Source of the DNA: an uncultured beta proteobacterium
Lineage (GTDB): Bacteria > Pseudomonadota > Gammaproteobacteria > Burkholderiales > Casimicrobiaceae
Length of the DNA: 64,000 nt
Assembly (NCBI GenBank): GCA_963711235.1
Contig: CAVQDI010000002.1
Span: 206,395 to 270,394 of the forward strand
Direction: 5' to 3'
The stretch's first letter is position 1, and every line of letters starts with the position of its first letter. Below the pieces are notes generated by a model. The model was given only the letters and a program-made list of their open reading frames with translations, had not been told where the DNA came from and made no database searches. A program made the translations under genes and the position numbers. Positions 58,752-64,000 of the stretch are shown here, one piece after another.

Positions 58752-58765
58752 TTGACCTGCGTCAA
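58752..58765. promoter_or_regulatory. FNR/Dnr-type palindrome TTGACCTGCGTCAA
   Basis: Perfect inverted repeat, 8/10 to TTGAT-N4-ATCAA. Lies in the divergent intergenic region between frdC (138 nt away) and the oxidoreductase operon (106 nt away). Confidence 0.5.
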
Positions 58766-58870
58766 CATAAATTTCGGCAATACGGGGAGAATTCCTGGGT
58801 CGGGAGCAGGTTATTTCCCCAACCAATGAGCCGCCGGGTGCTTGCGGCGAACGCCAAAGCGCAAACAGGC

Positions 58871-59449
58871 ATGTTCCAGATCCGGATTCACGGTCGTGGC
58901 GGTCAGGGCGTGGTATCGGGCGCCGAAATGCTATCCGTCGCGGCATTTCTCGAAGGGCATTATGCCCAGGCGTTTCCCAGCTTCGGGTCGGAGCGCATGG
59001 GGGCGCCCGTAATGGCCTTCTGCCGCATCGACGACAAGGAGATCCGCTTGCGCGAACCGGTGCTGGAACCCGAGGCGCTGATCGTGCAGGACCCGACATT
59101 GCTGCATCAGGTCGACCTGTTCAGCGGCCTCCAGGCGCGTGGCTACATCCTGATCAACTCGACGCGCAGCTTCGAAGAGCTCGGGCTCGGCGCGTTCGCG
59201 CGGGGCGTCGGGCGTTATCGCCTGTGCTCGCTCCCGGCCACCGAGCTGGCACTCAAGCACGTGGGCCGCTCGGTGCCGAACGCGGCGCTTCTCGGCGGTT
59301 TTGCCGCGGTCACCGGGCGGATCGCGCTGGCGTCGGTCATCGCCGCCATCCGCCAGAAGTTTCCTGCCGCGGTGGCGGAGAAGAACGCCGCCGCGGCCAC
59401 GGAAGCGTTCGAGTTTGCCGCTAAAGCGAAGGACACGATCGATGCTTAA
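58871..59449 (+). CDS. 2-oxoacid:ferredoxin oxidoreductase gamma subunit
   Basis: MFQIRIHGRGGQGVVSGAEMLSVAAF...FPSFGSERMGAPV. Confidence 0.85.
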   Translation: MFQIRIHGRGGQGVVSGAEMLSVAAFLEGHYAQAFPSFGSERMGAPVMAFCRIDDKEIRLREPVLEPEALIVQDPTLLHQVDLFSGLQARGYILINSTRSFEELGLGAFARGVGRYRLCSLPATELALKHVGRSVPNAALLGGFAAVTGRIALASVIAAIRQKFPAAVAEKNAAAATEAFEFAAKAKDTIDA

Positions 59450-60695
59450 GCAGACGGAAGGGTCGCGCGCGGTTGCTGAGGCCATCGCGCTCTGCCGGCC
59501 GCAGGTGATCTGCGCTTATCCCATCACGCCACAGACGCATATCGTCGAGGCGCTCGGCGAGATGGTCAAGACGGAAGAGCTGGCCAAGTGTGAGTTCATC
59601 AACGTCGAGTCCGAATTTGCCGCACTATCGGTTGCCATTGGCGCTTCGGCGGCGGGGGTGCGCACTTATACCGCGACCAGCAGCCAAGGCCTGCTGTTCA
59701 TGGCCGAGGCCGTGTACAACGCCGCCGGACTCGGGCTCCCGATCGTGATGACCATCGGCAATCGGGCCATCGGGGCGCCGATCAATATCTGGAATGATCA
59801 CTCCGATAGCATGTCGATGCGCGATGCCGGCTGGATCCAACTCTACGCCGAGACCAACCAGGAAGCGCTCGATCTGCACATTCAGGCGTTCCGCCTCGCC
59901 GAGGCACTGTCCTGTCCGGTGATGGTGTGCATGGACGGCTTCATCCTCACCCATGCCTATGACCGCGTGGACTTGCCGACGCAGCAGGAAGTCGATGCGT
60001 TCCTGCCGCCTTACGAGCCGCGGCAAATGCTTGACCCGGCCGATCCGGTGAGCATCGGCGCGATGGTCGGGCCAGAAGCATTCACCGAAGTGCGCTACCT
60101 GTCGCATCACAAGCAGCTGCGCGCGCTGGGCCTGATTCCGGAGCTGGCCGCCGCATTCCAAAAACAGTTCGGCCGCGAGTCGGGTGGGCTCATCCGGCCC
60201 TACCGCAGCGAAGACGCCGAGACGATCGTGGTCGCGCTCGGCTCGGTCAACGGCACCGTGCAGGAAGTCGTCGATGAAATGCGTGCGGACGGTTCGCGCA
60301 TCGGTTCGGTTTCCATTTGTTCCTTCCGTCCATTTCCGCTCGCTGTCTTGCGTGACGCATTGCAGCACGCCAAGCGCGTGGTCGTGCTGGAAAAGTGTCT
60401 GGCAGTGGGCCTGGGCGGCATTGTTTCCGACGGGGTACGCAAGTCCTTGTCCGGCATCGTACTCAACGGCTACACCGTCATCGCCGGCCTTGGCGGGCGC
60501 GCAATCACGCGAGCGTCACTGAGGCGGCTGTTCGAAGACGCCGAGCGGGACGAGCTCGAACAGGTCACTTTTTTGGACTTGAACGCGGACGTGGTCAGCC
60601 ACGAGCTGGAACGCGAGAGCAAGATGCGCCGCTCCGGACCCACTGCGGAAGCGATCCTGCGCCGCATCGGCACGGTTGCGTCACGGATCGGTTGA
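59442..60695 (+). CDS. 2-oxoacid:ferredoxin oxidoreductase alpha subunit
   Basis: GSRAVAEAIALCRPQVICAYPITPQTHIVE...ESEFAALSVAIGASAAGVRTYTATSSQGL. The start overlaps the gamma subunit stop. Confidence 0.9.
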   Translation: MLKQTEGSRAVAEAIALCRPQVICAYPITPQTHIVEALGEMVKTEELAKCEFINVESEFAALSVAIGASAAGVRTYTATSSQGLLFMAEAVYNAAGLGLPIVMTIGNRAIGAPINIWNDHSDSMSMRDAGWIQLYAETNQEALDLHIQAFRLAEALSCPVMVCMDGFILTHAYDRVDLPTQQEVDAFLPPYEPRQMLDPADPVSIGAMVGPEAFTEVRYLSHHKQLRALGLIPELAAAFQKQFGRESGGLIRPYRSEDAETIVVALGSVNGTVQEVVDEMRADGSRIGSVSICSFRPFPLAVLRDALQHAKRVVVLEKCLAVGLGGIVSDGVRKSLSGIVLNGYTVIAGLGGRAITRASLRRLFEDAERDELEQVTFLDLNADVVSHELERESKMRRSGPTAEAILRRIGTVASRIG

Positions 60696-60711
60696 ACCTG
60701 GAGGAAGTGCC

Positions 60712-61707
60712 GTGCAAGAGCAAGAGCAGCAGATCAAGTTCTATCAGACCGGCACCTTTACCGTCGGCAACCGTCTGCTTGCGGACGATCAGCGCTCGGT
60801 GCAGGCGGACATGCATCGCACGAACTCGCTCAATTCCGGCCATCGCGCCTGCCAAGGCTGCGGCGAAGCCCTGGGCGCGCGCTATGCCATCGATGCGGCA
60901 ATGCAGGCGACCGGCAACCAGCTGATCGCGGTCAACGCGACCGGATGCCTGGAAGTCTTTTCCACGCCCTATCCCGAGACTTCGTGGCAGATTCCCTGGA
61001 TTCACTCGTTGTTCGGCAACGCAGCCGCGGTCGCGTCGGGCGTCGCGGCGGCGCAGCGGGCGCTGGGTCGTACCGACGTACGGGTCATCGCGCAGGGTGG
61101 TGACGGGGGCACGACGGACATTGGTTTCGGCGGCCTGTCCGGTATGTTCGAACGCAACGACGACGTGCTCTATATCTGCTATGACAACGAGGCGTACATG
61201 AACACCGGCGTGCAGCGCTCGAGCGCGACGCCCCCGGCGGCGCGCACGGCCACAACCCCCGCGATGGGACACTCTCCCGGCAACGTCTTCGGCACCGGCA
61301 AGAACGTGCCCCGCATCGCGATGGCGCACGGCATTCCTTACGTCGCGACGGCGAGCGTCTCCAATCTGCGCGACCTAGAGCGCAAGGTCCGGTACGCGAT
61401 GGGAATACGCGGCGCGCGCTACATCCATATCTTCGTGCCCTGTCCCCTCGGCTGGGGCTCGGCGCCGGAAGACACCATCAGGATCGCCCGCCTGGCGGTC
61501 GAGACCGGCCTGTTTCCGCTGTTCGAGGCACAGGACGGGAAAGTCACGGCGAGTACCCCGATTCGACACAAGGTTCCCGTGACCGAATATCTCAAGCTGC
61601 AGAAGCGCTATGCGCATCTGTTCGGAAAGGCGCCGGACCTCGAACGCATCGCACGAATCCAGATGATGGCCGATCGCAATATCGCCGAGTTTGGCTTGCT
61701 GCAATAG
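60712..61707 (+). CDS. 2-oxoacid:ferredoxin oxidoreductase beta (TPP-binding) subunit
   Basis: GTG at 60712, 8 nt after GGAGG. CQGCGEALG, GGDGGTTDIGFGGL, and YICYDNEAYMNTGVQ. Confidence 0.9.
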   Translation: MQEQEQQIKFYQTGTFTVGNRLLADDQRSVQADMHRTNSLNSGHRACQGCGEALGARYAIDAAMQATGNQLIAVNATGCLEVFSTPYPETSWQIPWIHSLFGNAAAVASGVAAAQRALGRTDVRVIAQGGDGGTTDIGFGGLSGMFERNDDVLYICYDNEAYMNTGVQRSSATPPAARTATTPAMGHSPGNVFGTGKNVPRIAMAHGIPYVATASVSNLRDLERKVRYAMGIRGARYIHIFVPCPLGWGSAPEDTIRIARLAVETGLFPLFEAQDGKVTASTPIRHKVPVTEYLKLQKRYAHLFGKAPDLERIARIQMMADRNIAEFGLLQ

Positions 61708-61719
61708 CAGCATCGATCC

Positions 61720-63348
61720 ATGGACAAGCCGTACGCAATCACCCTCGACGTCGGCTCGAGCCTGGCCAACAAGACCGGCGCGTGGCGAACCAACCGGCCC
61801 CTGTATGTCGATCGCCTGCCGCCGTGCAACCACGCTTGCCCTGCCGGCGAAAACATCCAGGGCTGGCTCTATCACGCCGAGTCGGGCGACTACGAAGCGG
61901 CCTGGCGAGTGCTGACGGAGGACAATCCGTTGCCGGCAATCATGGGCCGCGTCTGTTATCACCCGTGCGAGAGCTCGTGCAACCGTGGCCAAGTCGATGA
62001 GCCGGTAGGCATCAACTCGGTCGAGCGCTTTCTAGGCGACGAAGCCCTGAGACGGGGCTGGAAGTTCGCTGCACCCAAGACCGAGAGCGGCAAACGCGTG
62101 CTCATTGTCGGCGCGGGACCCTCCGGATTATCCGCGGCCTATCACCTGCGGCGCTTCGGCCACAGGGTCAAGATCGTCGAGGCTGGTCCGCTGGCCGGCG
62201 GGATGATGCGCTTTGGCATTCCCAAGTACCGGCTGCCGCGCGATGTACTCGACGGCGAAGTGCAACGCATCCTCGACCTGGGTGTCGAACTGGAACTGAA
62301 CTCGAAGGTCACGAGCATCGTCGACACGATGCGCGCCGGCAACTTCGACGCGGCGTTCCTCGCCGTAGGCGCGCATATCGCCAAGCGCGCATACATCCCT
62401 GCGGGCGAGGCCGCGCACATGCTCGATGCCGTATCGGTCCTGCGCAGCATGGAGGGTGAGGCAAAGCCGATGCTGGGCCGCCGCGTTGTGGTCTACGGCG
62501 GCGGCAACACCGCGCTCGACGTCGCGCGCACGGCGAAGCGCCTGGGTGCCACCGAAGCAATCATCGTCTACCGGCGCACGCGCGAGAAGATGCCGGCCCA
62601 CGACTTTGAAATCGAAGAGGCGCTGCAGGAGGGCGTGTTGATCAAGTGGCTGTCGACCATCAAGAACATGGCCGATGAGGGCACATTGACGGTCGAAAAG
62701 ATGGCACTCGACGCCACCGGCTTCCCCCAGCCGACCGGAGAATTCGAGACCCTTGAGGCCGACTCGCTGGTGCTCGCCCTGGGCCAGGACGTGGATCTAT
62801 CACTGCTCGACGGCGTGCCAGGACTCGCCATCAAAGACGGCACCGTTCAAGTCGGGCGCAACATGATGACCGGCTACGCGGGAATTTTCGCCGGTGGCGA
62901 CATGGTGCCGTCGGAACGCACGGTCACCGTCGGGGTCGGTCACGGCAAAAAGGCGGCACGCCATATCGACGCCTGGCTCTCCGGCCGCAGTTACGAACCG
63001 GCCCCCAAGCACGAGCTGGCTACTTTCGACAAGCTCAACCCCTGGTATTACAGCGATGCGCCCAAGACCGTGCGTCCATTGCTCGAGCTTGCCCGCCGCA
63101 CCTCCACTTTTGAGGAGGTCGTAGGCGGTCTCACCGAAGACAATGCGTTATTTGAAGCGCGTCGCTGTCTCTCTTGCGGCAATTGTTTTGAGTGCGACAA
63201 CTGCTACGGGGTCTGTCCCGACAATGCGGTAATCAAACTCGGACCAGGCAAGCGATTCGAGTTTAATTTCGACTATTGCAAGGGCTGCGGGATCTGTGTC
63301 TCCGAATGTCCGTGTGGCGCGATCAAAATGGTTCCCGAGACCAATTGA
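61720..63348 (+). CDS. GltD-like NAD(P)H flavoprotein fused to a 2x[4Fe-4S] ferredoxin (PorD-like) domain
   Basis: N-terminal Cys cluster region (CNHACPAGENIQ, CYHPCESSC). VLIVGAGPSGLSAA and VVVYGGGNTALD dinucleotide folds. C-terminal CLSCGNCFECDNCYGVCP ... CKGCGICVSECPCGA. Confidence 0.85.
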   Translation: MDKPYAITLDVGSSLANKTGAWRTNRPLYVDRLPPCNHACPAGENIQGWLYHAESGDYEAAWRVLTEDNPLPAIMGRVCYHPCESSCNRGQVDEPVGINSVERFLGDEALRRGWKFAAPKTESGKRVLIVGAGPSGLSAAYHLRRFGHRVKIVEAGPLAGGMMRFGIPKYRLPRDVLDGEVQRILDLGVELELNSKVTSIVDTMRAGNFDAAFLAVGAHIAKRAYIPAGEAAHMLDAVSVLRSMEGEAKPMLGRRVVVYGGGNTALDVARTAKRLGATEAIIVYRRTREKMPAHDFEIEEALQEGVLIKWLSTIKNMADEGTLTVEKMALDATGFPQPTGEFETLEADSLVLALGQDVDLSLLDGVPGLAIKDGTVQVGRNMMTGYAGIFAGGDMVPSERTVTVGVGHGKKAARHIDAWLSGRSYEPAPKHELATFDKLNPWYYSDAPKTVRPLLELARRTSTFEEVVGGLTEDNALFEARRCLSCGNCFECDNCYGVCPDNAVIKLGPGKRFEFNFDYCKGCGICVSECPCGAIKMVPETN

Positions 63349-63351
63349 TAA

Positions 63352-64000
<649 letters not shown>

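Overview
GC-rich proteobacterial chromosomal segment, called by eye from the sequence and the ORF track only; no database search was run.

Layout:
- (1) 1-7.9 kb, housekeeping and transport genes: a glycine-zipper protein, an SRPBCC protein, a frameshifted SYLF gene, a TRAP transporter with fused QM permease plus its binding protein, and a PiT phosphate transporter carrying a 63-nt internal duplication and a frameshift.
- (2) 7.9-25.2 kb, an integration hotspot. A tRNA-Arg(ACG) gene is followed by two tandem, partly decayed genomic islands. They are delimited by three direct copies of the 47-nt tRNA 3' half, with integrase genes and arm-type repeat arrays. Cargo: a sensor kinase, two response regulators, an arylsulfatase, a cation/proton antiporter, a PemK-like toxin-antitoxin pair, a DUF1254/DUF1214 lipoprotein and an outer-membrane barrel.
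- (3) 25-47 kb, a low-oxygen and redox neighbourhood interspersed with gene remnants. Intact genes: cytochromes c, pobA, a CDF transporter, HiPIP, fnr, a Cyc2-like fused cytochrome-porin with a dihaem cytochrome c4, two hemerythrins, a CBS protein, hemN, an SDR and dsbB.
- (4) 47.1-58.6 kb, an uninterrupted minus-strand gene string: frdCAB (dihaem-b type fumarate reductase), dctPQM, then an unrecognised cluster. That cluster encodes a PqqD-like protein, three paralogous radical SAM enzymes, a membrane UbiA/MenA-type prenyltransferase, an unannotated 51-codon PqqA-like peptide gene and a cytochrome c.
- (5) 58.8-64 kb: a 2-oxoacid:ferredoxin oxidoreductase (gamma, alpha, beta), a GltD-like flavoprotein fused to a ferredoxin, and the 5' part of a malic enzyme gene.

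Several TTGAT-N4-ATCAA (FNR-type) boxes lie in front of these anaerobic genes. No rRNA, CRISPR array or transposase was seen. The most interesting candidate is the radical SAM / prenyltransferase / hidden-peptide cluster at 47.1-51.9 kb.
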